From the human T2T-CHM13v2.0 reference genome, Homo sapiens, in NCBI RefSeq assembly GCF_009914755.1, contig NC_060930.1: a stretch of 64,000 nt of DNA; one strand, written 5' to 3'. Positions 13,301 through 29,706 of the stretch are shown one piece after another. The notes below the pieces were generated by a model. That model searched no databases. It was not told the origin of the DNA and saw nothing but the letters and a program-made list of their open reading frames with translations. The position numbers and the translations under genes were made by a program. Numbering within the stretch: the first letter of the stretch is position 1; every line of letters begins with the position of its first letter.

Positions 13301-14563
13301 AGACCAAACCCCATCACTTAATATGGAAATTTAAAACCAAACCTCCAAACCCTTCTGACAGCATTTTTGACCAAATTGGCTTTTCGTAAGGGTAGAGCTA
13401 GATTTTCCGAAGAGCTTTAAAAACACAGCCTAGAAGCTTATCTTTGTGAACTTTTGCTGTTGTCAACAGTGGATATCTTGCTGCTGCTAATAGAAAACAA
13501 AAAAGTTCATTTGCCAAAATGCTTGTCATTTCCTCCTGAGGAGTGCAGCTTAACGCCAGGACTTCATTTAGTCAGAGGGAAATGGTTGCTACCTCCCTGT
13601 TAAGCTTCTTTCCATTATCCAGTTATGGCAGAATGAGTGTTGGGGCGGCCTGGGGAGATGGGGGTAAAATAAAGGAACAGCTAAGAAGTGGTTCTGCAGA
13701 ATGTGTACTTATATCCGAAAGCCTGGATGGAAAGGACGGTGGCTTTGGAAGGGGTGTAAAATGGGAGGGGGTGGCAATCGCTGAAGCATGACAAGCCTCC
13801 GAAGGCCTCTGGGACTTGAACACAAAAAAGGGAGCTTTTTGCAGCTCTTTCACATGCACACGTCTCCCTCTGCCCCATCCATCCTCCCCTGCTGTTTTGT
13901 AAATCTCCCAGTTGGAAATTTTTAACATGGGAGAGCTTCTTCCTGTGCTTCAGTTGGCAGAATGCTCACACGCAGCTGCAAAGAATTTGCTTTTCCTTTT
14001 CACAGCATCTCTCATTTAAAAGCATTAGTGAGACTACAGAACAAAATAAAAACTTCAGGATTTTTCAGAAGTGGAAGCCAAGTTTAATTAAAGTCAAGGA
14101 AGTTCGGGGCTCTAACTCTTTTGTTAAACCTCTTAAAGTCAGGCGTGTGCGTGTGCCCATGGCAGGCAAGGTAGGAAATGCCAGTGCCTGTTTCTCGTTA
14201 GGAAATTTAAAGGCCTACTTGTCTGGTGTGTGCTTGGGGAATGTCCTAGAATTTATCAAAAGATGTGCTGAACCATCATGTCTTTGGTGGCCTCAAAATG
14301 CTTGCCAGTGGTGAGGTAGTTGCCCCTTTCTTGAGGGAGGAGGAAAACCGTTAAATAGCTTTCTGTCTCCTCCCAGGCCTCTGTAAAACCTCCTAATCTG
14401 AGTGCCCTGTTCCCTGTGCTCCACCCTTAGTCCCTAGACCAGGCCACTGGGCTGTGAGCATTCTTGTTGGGGGGGGCGGAAAGAAGTTTCTGACTCGATA
14501 ACTGCCTCCTAAAGTTGGATTTTTAATCTTTCAATAGTATTTGAACCTTCAGCATTTTTTACA

Positions 14564-14898
14564 TTTTATTTTAAGAGACAGGGTCTGTTGCCCAGGCTGG
14601 CGTGTGGTGGTGTGATCACAGCTTATTACTGCATCCTTGAACTCTTGGGCTCAAGAGATCCTCCTGCCTTCCCTGCCCCACCCCCTAGTAGCTGGGACCA
14701 CAGGTGCATGACACCACACTTGGCTAATTTTTAATTTTTTTTTGTAGAGATGGCTATTTTAAAATTTTTTTTTTTTTTTTTTGGTAGAGATGGGGTCTAG
14801 CATTGTTTCCCAGGTTGGGTATGAACTCCTAGCCTCAATCATCCCACCTCAGCCTCCCAAAGTGATGGGATTACAGGTGTGAGCCACCTTGCCTGGCC
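14564..14898 (-). mobile_element. AluJ
   Basis: J-type GGGCTCAAGAGATCCTCC; duplicated mid T-rich/TAGAGATGG segment. Confidence 0.9.
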
Positions 14899-15274
14899 CA
14901 GTTTCTTTGTCTAGGAGCCTTTACAAACATTTGCAAAGAATATCCAGGCAGTGTTTATGTATGTCTGCAGTGTTTTTACTGGCTATATAGACCACAGAGT
15001 CCAGAAGTGACTTGGATGGGATCCCCAGGAAGGATACTTAGAATTTACTTGACAGACTGAAGATTGGTAAACATGGTCTCAAGTTGAGTTTTGCTGGGAA
15101 ATTGGTTAGCTTCGCTGCAACCTTGTCATTTCTTTCCTGAGTAATTATATGCAGACATTGGTAGAGGTTTTTTGTTTTTTCATAAAGAATATTAACACAA
15201 GGGTTGTATACAAAGGGAACATACTCATTTCTTAGTCTTTCTGTAGATCCTAGCACTTGTAACTGATGAAATGA

Positions 15275-15654
<380 letters not shown>

Positions 15655-15858
15655 TGATCCTATTGGTTAGGTAGCTGCAATCCCTTGCCCTCATTTTACA
15701 GGCATAGAATGGGTACTTTATTTAGGAAGGGTTATGATTGCGAGTCATGTCAGGTTACCAGAACTTGAAACTCTACCTTTGGACTTAGCAGTGACTGTGT
15801 TATTAAGGTGTTGGCATTTCCTTTAGGTTCTTGCTCTGCCTTGAAAAAGCTGACCAGA

Positions 15859-16276
<418 letters not shown>

Positions 16277-16441
16277 TCAGAAGTTTGTAGCCTTTCATTT
16301 TATTTCATTTTAGTTCTACAAATATTTATTGTCTACTTTGTATACTTGTCCGATTGGAGATTGTTTTCTCAGGTGGTAGGGAGGGACATGTGTAGGGGGC
16401 ATGCAGGATTGGGACCAAGGGAGGTTCAGGAGGGCTTGAGG

Positions 16442-16563
16442 CCAGTGGGTTCTAATCACACAAGGATCTTGTTAAAATGCAGCTCCTCATTCAGCAGGAC
16501 TGAAGTGGGGCCTAGGATTCTGCATTCTAACAAACTCTCAGGGCCTACACTTCGTGTAGCAAG
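16442..16563. mobile_element. MER5A-like hAT-Charlie relic
   Basis: GATCTTGTTAAAATGCAG..GTGGGGCCTAGGATTCTGCATTCTAACAAACTC..CACTT..TAGCA. Confidence 0.7.
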
Positions 16564-16719
16564 ACTTTGGGACTGATTTTGTTCTTGGTGCAGTGGTTCG
16601 CTTCTTTTTTCTTTTTTAAATCTCACATCTCTGTCCCAACCTGAGCATCGAAGGGTAGGGTTCCCAATAAGATCTCTGCTACCAACAGAAGTTTGAAAAC
16701 TATTGTTATAGAAGATCCA

Positions 16720-16836
16720 GGCCTGATGTGGTGGCCCATGCCTGTAATCTCATCACTTTGGGAGGCCAAGGCATGAGGCTTGCTTGAGCCCAGGAGTTCG
16801 AGACCAGCCTGGGCAACAATAGTGAGACCTCATCTC
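16720..16836 (+). mobile_element. FLAM / AluJ left arm
   Basis: Monomeric left arm with GCTTGAGCCCAGGAGTTCGAGACC. Confidence 0.85.
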
Positions 16837-16909
16837 ACCTTTTTCTGAACCAGCAGGGACTGAAGAGACACTCTCCTACAGTATAAAGATGTTTAAAAAC
16901 AGTGATGCG

Positions 16910-17351
<442 letters not shown>

Positions 17352-17656
17352 AAAAACAGTGATGCAATTGTAAGGCTTGAGCATTGCTTGAAAATGCATC
17401 TTTTGGCCCCGTGGCCCTCTATGTTGTCCTTTCTGAAGACCATTCTTCAGTTTTCATTCTGGAAGGAAGACAGCTAGCTATAATGCGTTGCCTGCATAGT
17501 GTTATCATGTACTTCCCAAAGCTTCCATGTCTTGCTTTAGTAGACAAAGAGCAGTGTCAGGAATTTCTGCGTAGAGCTCTTACTGTTTTGCTGGTTTCTA
17601 TCCTGAACTCACCTTGAAAGCTTATATAGTTTTTAAAAAAGAGAAGTTGTTACTGG

Positions 17657-17850
17657 ATAATAGCTACCATTGATTGAATGTATACCTACCCTAAATGCTT
17701 TACACAGACAGCATTTTACGTATTCACTTCTTACCACAACTCTGTGACTTAGCCATTTCCCCCAAATTGCAGCTGTGGAAACAAAGCAGGTAAAGGGGCC
17801 AGGGTTGGACCCCCCTACCACTACTTGACCCCAAATCAGGATGTTTCACT
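17657..17850 (-). mobile_element. MIR fragment
   Basis: ATAATAGCTACCATTGATTGAATG..TAAATGCTTTAC..CACAACTCTGTGA. Confidence 0.7.
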
Positions 17851-17911
17851 TTGGAGCCTGTGTTTGATTTCACTATCCTGGAAGGTGGTATTACCTCAGG
17901 TTTATGCAGCC

Positions 17912-18005
17912 ATAGTCCTGGGTTTGAAGCCTGCCTCTGTCACAATCTCTGTGCCTCAGTTTTCTTATCTGTAAAATGGATGTGATAATTATAGTACCTG
18001 GGCCA
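17912..18005 (+). mobile_element. MIR core
   Basis: CTCTGTGCCTCAGTTTTCTTATCTGTAAAATGG..ATAGTACCT. Confidence 0.8.
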
Positions 18006-18577
18006 CTCAATTTTGCGTGGCACTGGCTATACATTTTATTTGTTGTTATGATTTTGTTTATTATTCTTGCCATAGTCACTAAGTTTATTTTCTTCTCCCT
18101 GCTCCCATTGGCTCTTTAAAAATCATTCTCTAAAATGTTAAATTAGCAATCTTAATGATTTTTCTTCCTGGAGTTAGGTTAAGAGGTTATATTTGTGTTT
18201 TCTTATCAACCTACAAAATAAAGCCTAGTAAGTTGCCATCTATAGAGAAAGCAGTTAGGGGATTCAGCATATGGCATTTACTAGATTTTGTTGGGTCCTC
18301 ATTTTTTACGTGCTAAGTTTCCTCATGTGGGTGGGGAGGATGCCTTATGCCTGGAAACATCGCAGTTGCATGTAGTGGTCTCCCCTACCCTTATTTTAAA
18401 ATACTTGAGTTTTATTTGTGAGCTATTGAATACACTTAGCGGGGCTCTCTGTAAACATACCCTGAATTTAATAGCCAAATGATGTACACATGGGATGTGC
18501 ACATATAATCTCTTTTCCAATTGTCCCTGCTATATTTTCTTCCTTGACAAACTATAAAACCAAGGGAATGATTTTCA

Positions 18578-18920
<343 letters not shown>

Positions 18921-19061
18921 CAGCTGTTTCTCAGGGTAGTTTTCTTGAAGCACGATTTTTCGAAATGTTGTAAATTAGTAGGACCCTGGCTTTGAGTCAG
19001 GATCCTAGATGGAATGAAATGACACCTAAAGATTGGTGTCATTCTTGGGGATACTCACTGA

Positions 19062-19485
<424 letters not shown>

Positions 19486-20713
19486 TAGATAGTTTTGGGG
19501 GATGTCTTTAATGTTTTTTTGTGGTTCTTTAGAGGTAGGCATATGAAGACACTGGTGCATTTTTATCTGCTAGAGAAATGGGATTGTTTTTAATTTTTAC
19601 AGAGAAAAACTAAACATTTATATGCATTATTTAGTATTTTGTTCTGAAGAAACATGCTCTATTTGTAAAAGAGGAAATGTGTGGGAAAAGGGCAATTTGG
19701 CATGCTGTTGCATTTGCAGATCCAAATTTATTTTCCTTCATTCAGATAATTTAACACAGGCAAATAAGTGATGTTTCCAGAGTGGCTTCTTATATAGCAG
19801 CCCAGGAGGTGAGTGGGAGATTTCAGACCTCGACTTTTTGTGTGTGAAGGGGTGACTTAGCCAGGGCAATATTGTGTTGGCCTCTTTTTGATTCTGGGTT
19901 TTTTTGTTGGTGGTGATCCTGGGCACCTTCAGTCTTTGGTTCAGCCTGGGAAGGAGACTTTAGAGGTATCCACTCCCCCTTTCCCAGTTTTCTCCTGATT
20001 CTTCCTTCTAGTCCTTGTGCATATTAGTGGGATTCTTAAAAAGCCACTGACAATCTGATGGTCTAAAGCTCCACCTGCAGTTAGAAAGAAGCTGGTCAGC
20101 CTTCTGGAATGTTCTTTCTCCACTGGAGGCTAGTGAGCACCTCCAGACTAAAGGAGGTTTTGGTTGCGCTTTTAGCTTTGAGGAGGTCACTGAACTTCAA
20201 GAGCCCTTCTGGTTTCCCATTTTGTGTGATAGGATTAAAAACCTCTGTTTTGTTGGGTTACCTCCATCTCTGTGACTTGGGGTGACAACCTCGGACCAGT
20301 GGAGAAGGTGTGTGGGCAGCAGGAAGAGCTGTTTGATCTCTCCTTGCAAAATGTTTCTGGGCTCAGGTTCAAGAGTGGAGAAACCCTCTTGAACATGGAA
20401 CAGTTGGCTCTTGGGGTCAGTAGCAAAGACAGGAATGAGCTGGAAAACTTTGTCCTGACCTAAAAGGAGGTTACATAGACAGGGTTTTGGATCTTTGGTG
20501 TTTCCTTTTTTACAAAGGCCATGTGCACAGCTGTACTTCCAGAATTGGAAAATTTCCTACATACACAGCTTCTTCATTAGATACTGATACCGGTTAATTC
20601 ACAGTCACCTGTAATTGGAAACAGCTGCTGTTTCCCAGCTGACTAGGTGTTCAAGTCAGATGCTTTGAATTAGCTGGACTTGGATTATTCACATTTTAAT
20701 TAAAGTCCATTTA

Positions 20714-20738
20714 CCGCCCCCCCCGCCCCCCCCCCCCG
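20714..20738. repeat. poly-C tract (CCG-C8-G-C12-G)
   Basis: Direct reading. Confidence 0.9.
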
Positions 20739-22271
20739 TCTTTTGCCTCTTCAATGACCAGGTTTTTACAGTAATACATTTGAAATTACATGAGTATCCC
20801 AGTAGAAAGGCATAATGTAAGTTCAAGGACTTGCAGTTGATTATGGCGTTACATTATTAAATAGTGAATTTAACAGCATTGCAATTCCCTTTTCTCACCC
20901 ACTGAACCTTGCCTCTCTAGTGGGGAAAATTTCATTCCATTTAGGAAAGTTGAGACTTTTGTCCCCTTTCCTTCTCTTGGGACAGAGTTGTATTAACCTA
21001 ATTGCTTGTGTCACTGCTACAGGGAAGGTACTGCGTGAAGTGGGACAAGCAATTTTCTGGTACTTTTTGTCTAATGGGGTTTGCAAATTAAGCCATGACT
21101 AGTGGGGATATTTTCTCAGAAGGGGGAAAAAAGTTAACAATTGCTATGGTGTGGCTGTTGTCCAGTGCTTCTGTATTGATGTAGAATGTTCACTGAGCAG
21201 CTTGTAGGAGAAAAAGACTGCCTTAATTTTTGGGCAAAAAGTTAGAAGGGAAATTGCTTTGCATTTTTCTCTCCATAATGTTAATGAGGAAAAGAGGCAA
21301 TGCTGGAGGAAAGGAGATAAATGGATGTTTCCTCCCTTCCCTATTTAAGCTGCCTAAGTTGACTAAAGTTCGACTTGATAAATGTCCTAGTTAATTTAAT
21401 TTTGTGTTAGTGCCTCTCCTCCCCTCGAGTGTCCAGTCCATTTTCAGCTGACTTGCAGAAAAACCAGGTTAATGCAAATCCATCAGATTCTGCATGCCTG
21501 TTAAAATGCTTAAGCATTCTACATGGCGTGGGAGACATGATGCTTGCCTAAAAGGGTCCCTGGAGAGATAAAGTATATTCCTGCCAGTGCATTTAGGGAG
21601 TTATACATATATAACTGTCTCATATGATTTGGCATTGTCACATACTGAGCACTGGGAGAGCCAAAGGAGGTCTGGGGTTGGTAGGCTGTTTGGAGGTAAA
21701 AGTTTACTACTGGAATAGTCCTTCCAGCTCAGCCGCTTCCATTTCCACATTGCCTCAGAAGTTGCCTAAAGGATGTGCATCTTGTTGGCAGCCCCATGAC
21801 TTTCTAGAAGCCCTGTTGTGTCTGTTTAGTGCTTTCTACATTAGGTCGGAGATCTTTTTTCATTAGGTCAGAGATACTGGACTCCTTTTTGTTATGGAAA
21901 TAACAGTCTCTTGGGGTTCTCTGGAATGAGCCAGGGGGTCCTGTTGGCCTGGTCCTTGGAGGAGAGGTCCAGGCTGTTGCTTTCAGTATCCATGCCACCT
22001 AGAATTTCCAGTGACTGTTGAGTCATTACATTGCTATGGTAGTTTCTTAGGAATAGGCCGGTACAATTTGATTGTGTTTTTGGACCTTCCCCCAAGTTAC
22101 AAGGCCACCAGCACTCAGACTGTGGGTATACCATATGGACCAGGGAACACATTGGACAAGGCGAAAGCTTGTTACCATGAAGTTCGTTAGAAGATGAGAC
22201 TCCATTCAAATTTTCAGTTCTTCATGAATGAGTTCTTAGTAAAAGTGCTTTGTTGATTTTTTTCCATGGTA

Positions 22272-22460
22272 GTAACTACCATGTTTTGAGTGCCTTGTTA
22301 AGTAACATAAGTACATAATATTCTCACACACTTTTGCAAAGCAGAATCTATTATTTTATTTTTACAGATGAGCAGATAGGGCTTTGGAGAGAGAAGTGGC
22401 CTGAAGTAGCACGCAGTGTGGGTGGCTGGAGTATATGCAGGGGCTGGAGTTACAGCCCAG
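22272..22460 (-). mobile_element. MIR
   Basis: TAACTACCATGTTTTGAGTGCC..ATTTTACAGATGAG..AGAGAAGTGG. Confidence 0.7.
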
Positions 22461-22477
22461 TTTTCTTAATTGCTTTG

Positions 22478-22618
22478 ATTTTATTTACCTATTTTTTATA
22501 GAAACAGGGTCTTGCTATGTTGCCCAGGCTGGTTTGGAACTCCTGGGCTCTAGCAGTCCTTCTGCTTCAACCTCCCAAAGTGCTGGGATTACAGGCATGA
22601 GCCACCGTGCTCTTGGCC
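22478..22618 (-). mobile_element. FLAM / AluJ left arm
   Basis: Monomer; TSD TTAATTG(C/T)T(T/C)TGATTTTA. Confidence 0.88.
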
Positions 22619-23158
22619 TTAATTGTTCTGATTTTAATAATGGCATGATACCCCTGTACCCCAAGTTATACAGATGAGAGATTTTGGCTCTGGTATCTCT
22701 GTCTCTATCCTGGGTAAGGTTTCTCAGGGTTGTAGGCCAGTCTCTTTGTCAGGAAGAGAGCTAGTAGTTAAACTGAAACAAAGGTCCGACAGTCTTTATT
22801 TTGCATTTTAAGGTACCTGTTGAAAATGACTAAACGTAAAATGGGACTTTTGTTAATTCAGTAGCTGTTACTGAAGCATTAGATTGATTCACCTGTTTAA
22901 AAGTAGTTATGAAAGACAACAGAGAACAGCTTTCTATTTGTCGTAACTTACTAATAGATAGCCAAGTCTGCAAAAAAAAAAAAAAAACAGTCAAGGATTC
23001 CATGTAGTTGCAAAAGGCAAGTTCAAGAGAAAGTTGGCAAAGAAAGATGGATAGATGGAGAGAAAGCAAAAGAAATCCTTTTTTTTGGAGAGAGAACACA
23101 CTGTTGGAGTATGCTGTAAACAGTGTAAGGGAAAAACCCCATAAAAAAGGTGAACTCT

Positions 23159-23440
23159 GGTTGGGCGCAGTGGTTCATGCCTGTAATCCCAGCACTTTGG
23201 GAGGCCGAGGTGGGTGGATCATTTCAGATCAGGAGTTTGAGATCAGCCTGGCCAACATGGTGAAACCCTGTCTCTACTAAAAATACAAAAATTAGCATGC
23301 CTGTAATCCCAGGCTGAAGCAGGAGAATCCCAGGCTGAAGCTTGAACCCAGGAGGTGGAGGTTGCGGTGAGCTGAGATTGTGCCACTGCACTCCAGTCTG
23401 GGCAACAGAGTGAGACCCTGTCTCAAAAGTTAAAGAAAGA
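23159..23440 (+). mobile_element. Alu (AluSx-like) with internal deletions and duplication
   Basis: TSD AAAGGTGA(A/G)CTCT at 23146 and 23801, spanning the nested AluY. Confidence 0.92.
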
Positions 23441-23446
23441 AAGGTG

Positions 23447-23861
<415 letters not shown>

Positions 23862-23978
23862 TCAGCAGAGGAAGGGTCTGGGGGGACATGCTCCCCCATC
23901 CCTGCCAGTCTCATATCTGCCATACCTGCTGCGAGAGGAATTGATTGGAGGACTGGTTTGGGTGGAAATTGTCCAGCC

Positions 23979-24297
23979 GGGCTGGGCATGGTGGCCCACA
24001 CGTGTAATCCCAGCACTTTGAGAGGCTGAGGCGGGCAGATCACTTGAGGTCAGGCGTTCGAGATTAGCCTGGCCAACAAGGCGAAACCCTGTCTCTACTA
24101 AAAATACAAAAATTAGCTGGGTGTGGTGGCATACACCTGTAATCTCAGCTTGAGGTTGAGGCATGAGAATCTCAAGCTCAGGTTGAGGCATGAGAATCAC
24201 TTGAACCTGGGAGGTGGAGGTTGCAGTGAGCCAAGATCGCACCACTGCACTTCAGCCTGGGAGGCAGAATGAAACTGTGTCTCCAAAAAAAAAAAAA
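23979..24297 (+). mobile_element. Alu (AluSx/Sz-like) with internal 27-bp duplication
   Basis: TSD AAATTGTCCAGC (23966, 24301). Confidence 0.93.
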
Positions 24298-25822
24298 GAT
24301 AAATTGTCCAGCTATTGTATAACAAAATTCATATATACATATATTCATATATATGGACAATAAATTGCCTTTTGTTTTCACCACTAAATACAGTGTGGTT
24401 GTGACCCTTAGTTTTGTGTATTCTGACTCACAGCTAGGATTTAAATTGGTCGAAGGTTGTGTGTATTTTCAACATTAGTGAAATACTGTTTTCTGAAATG
24501 GTTGGAGCACGTCACTCCTATCTGCAATGTCTGTGTCCCAGGTGATATGTATGCCCACTAGTTTGATTTTGTTGGCGGTGGGTAAGTTTTGTGAGCCTGA
24601 CTTTTCATATGTGTATGGATTTACATGTTTAGCCCCATGGCACGGCTTACTGCTTAGTTCCAGTGATTCCCTGGCCTCTGGGGTCGTGGAAGTATGTGCC
24701 CAGGTGTATTACTCTTTATCTCCCTTCTTGCTAATTTATAAAAGCCTTTACTTCCATAAGTACTTGCCTGATTAACACCACTTGCATTAAAATCTTACTG
24801 TCACTTCCCTTAGCTTTCCCAGCACAACTTTCTTGTACTTCATTCATGTACACCATTATTAATTTGTACTTGTGTTAATTTGTCAGAGTTGATGAGGCAC
24901 TACCCTCTAATCTCCCTACTGTTGTCATAGTTTTCTTTCTTTGAAAAACAGTTACTTTCCTGCTCAGGTTCTCATTAGCCCCTATCGTCTATGGGATAAA
25001 ATCTAAACTCTTAAGCATTACCTAAGACCCTTCATTAAATCAGTCTCCTGGCACTTAGGAGGCAATCAGTAAGTATTGGTTGTTATCCTAATTTTGCATT
25101 CCATATTAACTTGCAGATCATCTGGATGAATTTGATTAAATCCCCTTCCCTCACTGACTTTATATTTCGGGAAATTTCATGTCTAGGGAAGTTGAAGGAA
25201 TAGCATGAACATCTGGGGCACTTACCACCTAGACTGAAAAATTAACACCTGGTCGTATGTATGTATATTACCCATTGTCTACTTTCTTCTGTCAAATCCG
25301 TGACTTTGGAAATTTTGAAATAGTGCTCTTGGTTATCCATTAAAAAAGGGTAAAATAAACATGCTGTTGCTCCTGCTGCAGCACTTCAGTAGTAATAAAA
25401 AAAAACTTCAGTGACTTGGGTTTTTTTCTGCCAAAGTAAATGTTGGCTCTCTTTCAGATGTAGTAATGTTGCTTCTCTAAATTCGTTCGAGTTAAACTAA
25501 AGCAGGGCCAAGTTGAGAAATTAGTTTCTCGGTTTTTTCCCTTCCAATTTAGAAAAAAATTAAGTTTTGGATATTCTTGTTCCTGTAATTTTCTTCCGTG
25601 TTCCTTCCTCCTCCTGCATTAAAAAAGATCATAAAGATTCAGCTAAGATGTCAGTGAAAGGAACAAAGATCCAGCCTTTTACATTCTTTATGTGGAGTTA
25701 TTGTTGGTAGTAATCTTAAAATAGGGTGTTTGAATCCATGTTGAGGCAGTTAATTCAGTAGTACAGTTTCTTGTTAACCACAAAATGCTAAGTAAAGGTA
25801 AAGCCTTATCCCCACACCCTGC

Positions 25823-26128
<306 letters not shown>

Positions 26129-27114
26129 TAACATGTGATTTTTGCCTTTTTGTGATTTTTGTCTTATGCTGCAAAATACGCTTGCGTTATTACTAGCTAG
26201 GAAATCCAAGCAGGTATCACACCGTGCCGTCATATGAGTGATAACTGGGAGTTTTCATGCATTAGCTGGTATTTGACAGGTTTGCAGGTATGTTAGAAAG
26301 TTTCAGTGTGTCAGTGTTTGGTGTGTATAAGCGTGGGAGAGCCCAATACGCATGTGAGATGCAGCTTCCAGTCAGTGCGCATATACCACTTGGAGGGCAT
26401 GCTGGTTGCAACCCTTTTATTCTAATAAGGAACTGGTTTGGCTAGGTGAACTACGAAGTCATTTTGGATTTGACCCACACTGGCTGTGTCTCACTCTTTA
26501 CTGCAGTTTAATTCATGTGATGCTATTAAGATAATAACTTTGTCCAAGAGCAAAAGAACGTGAATACATTGTGGTATGTGTGAATTCACAAACAACATTC
26601 AAGATCAGTTTCAGAAATGTTCAGAGCAAAATCTGAAGTCCCCTTATCTCCTATTGTACTGCCTTCCTCAAAAGTAAGCCATCAGTGGTTTGCACATCCT
26701 TCTAGCCTTTCTGTGTATTTACCTGCATACATGCATGTTTATGTAAACATACAGATGGGTTCCCCGCGTGGGGGGCCCCCCACTTCACTTGGGGCCTATT
26801 TATATAAATGGAATGTAAGGTTATGGCCTGTGATTTAGCTTTTTCTCACGTAACAATATCTCAAAGATCTTTCCATGCCATTCTATTTCATGCTGCAAGT
26901 AGCTGATAGGACTAGTGTACTGTAGTTTATTTAGCCACTTCCTTCTGATGACTTTCTTCCTAGAAGAGTCCTTGGCATTTAGGAGGCACTCAGTAGACCT
27001 TTAGGTTGTTCATGCTGTTTTGTTTGCTTTAAAACATTTCTGTCCATACACCTTTCAAACATATGGTAATATTAGCATATGATTGAATTGGAAGTGCAGG
27101 GTCCAGGGTATGTG

Positions 27115-27117
<3 letters not shown>

Positions 27118-27162
<45 letters not shown>
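27118..27162. repeat. (TG)n microsatellite forming the tail of the adjacent Alu
   Basis: About 22 perfect TG units abutting GAGACAGAGTC. Confidence 0.96.
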
Positions 27163-27449
<287 letters not shown>

Positions 27450-27706
27450 TAGAGTAGGAAGAAATTTTTTCCTTCCGAAAACCTTCAGCCAATCTACACA
27501 CCCACTAACAGCATATGAGAGTCTTTATTTTCCTCCCTTCTTGCCAACACTTAGCATTATACAGCTTCTTTGGTTTTTGCTAATAAATATCACTCATCAT
27601 TGTCTTAATTTGCATTTCTCTGTTCTCAGCCTTTTTCGTTGGTCTGTCAGCTGTCCATATTTTTTTTCTTCATAACTTTTATCCACTATTATATTGGGTT
27701 GTTGGT

Positions 27707-27825
27707 TTCTTTCTCTCTCTCTTTTGTTCTCTCTCTTTCTCTCTCTGTCTTTGTCTTTCTCTCTTTCTCTTTTGTCTCTCCCCCTCTCCTCTCTTTCTTC
27801 CTCTTCTCTTCTCTTTTCTTTCCTC
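27707..27825. repeat. CT-rich low-complexity tract (Alu tail derived)
   Basis: About 120 bp of near-pure pyrimidine. Confidence 0.9.
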
Positions 27826-28474
<649 letters not shown>

Positions 28475-28538
28475 GTTCTGGTATTTATTGAATATGTCGC
28501 AAATATTGTCTCCTAGTCTGTCCTTTGTCCTTTAAGTA

Positions 28539-28837
28539 TTTTTTTTTTTTTTTTGAGATGGAGTCTCACTCTGTGGCTCAGGCTGGAGCACAATAGCGTG
28601 ATCGCGGCTTACTGCAAGCTCCACCTCCTGGGTTCATGCCATTCTCCTGCCTCAGCCTCCCGAGTAGCTGGGACTACAGGCATGCACCAGCTACGCCCGG
28701 CTAATTTTCTTGTATTTTTATTAGAGACGGGATTTCACCGTGTTAGCCAGGACGGTCTCGATCTGCCGACCTTGTGCTCCGCCCGCCTTGGCCTCCCAAA
28801 GTGCTGGGATTACAGGCGTGAGCCACCGTGCCCGGCC
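28539..28837 (-). mobile_element. AluY, chimeric product of tandem duplication
   Basis: Left half shares variants with the 28902 Alu; right half shares variants with the 28169 Alu. Confidence 0.92.
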
Positions 28838-28901
28838 ATTCTGATATTTATTACATATGTTGCAAATATTTTCTTCTAGTCTGTCCATTGTCCTTTAAGT
28901 A

Positions 28902-29201
28902 TTTTTTTTTTTTTTTTTGAGATGGAGTGTCACTCTGTTGCCCAGGCTGGAGTGCAGTAGCGCGATCACGGCTCACTGCAAGCTCCACCTCCTGGGTTCA
29001 TGCCATTCTCCTGCCTCAGCTTCCTGAGTAGCTGGGACTACAGGCGCCTGCCACCATGCCCGGCTAATTTTTTTTGAATTTTTAGTAGAGATGGGGTTTC
29101 ACCATGTTAGCCAGGATGGTCTCCATCTCCTGACCTCATAATCTGCCAGCCTCAGCCTCTCAAAGTGCTGGGATTACAGGCGTGAGCCACTGCATCCAGC
29201 C
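28902..29201 (-). mobile_element. AluY
   Basis: TSD TCCTTTAAGTA (28891, 29202). Confidence 0.94.
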
Positions 29202-29706
29202 TCCTTTAAGTATGTTTATAGTGTTTTTTCTTTCATAGAAGTTTTAAATTTTTCTGTAGTTCAGTTTGGTTTTCTTTTATGGGTTTTATGTCTTTGCTTA
29301 GGAATGCTTCTGTGACGCCAAGAATACGAAAATGTTCTGAGAAATTATCTTTCTTTTTATTACCTCCCATTGAGCTAAACACCACCCTCCAGCTTGCACT
29401 CTCCCATCACCCTACCCACTAAATTGATATGGAATTTACTTCTCTGGAATCCTCAAAAATGATTTCTTCTTTCAGCCACATATTATGGATGTCTTAGGGT
29501 TTATTCCTGTTGAAGTCCCAAATGGTGTAATTTTTCAAGTCTTGGCATACATTGATTGTTATGTCCATCAGTATTCTGTGTTAAATAATGTTTTCATACA
29601 TCCCATGGATATATAGGAAACAGCTCTGGGCTATACTCCAGAGTTCCCAGACTCAGGATCCACTTAAATAAAAATCTAGGTAAATTCCCTTTTAGTTTTA
29701 TAATCC

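Noticed and set aside
25441-25470. Consensus-like splice acceptors (also near 46477 and 62507)
   Set aside because: No matching strong donor or convincing open frame; polypyrimidine-AG motifs are common in T-rich introns.
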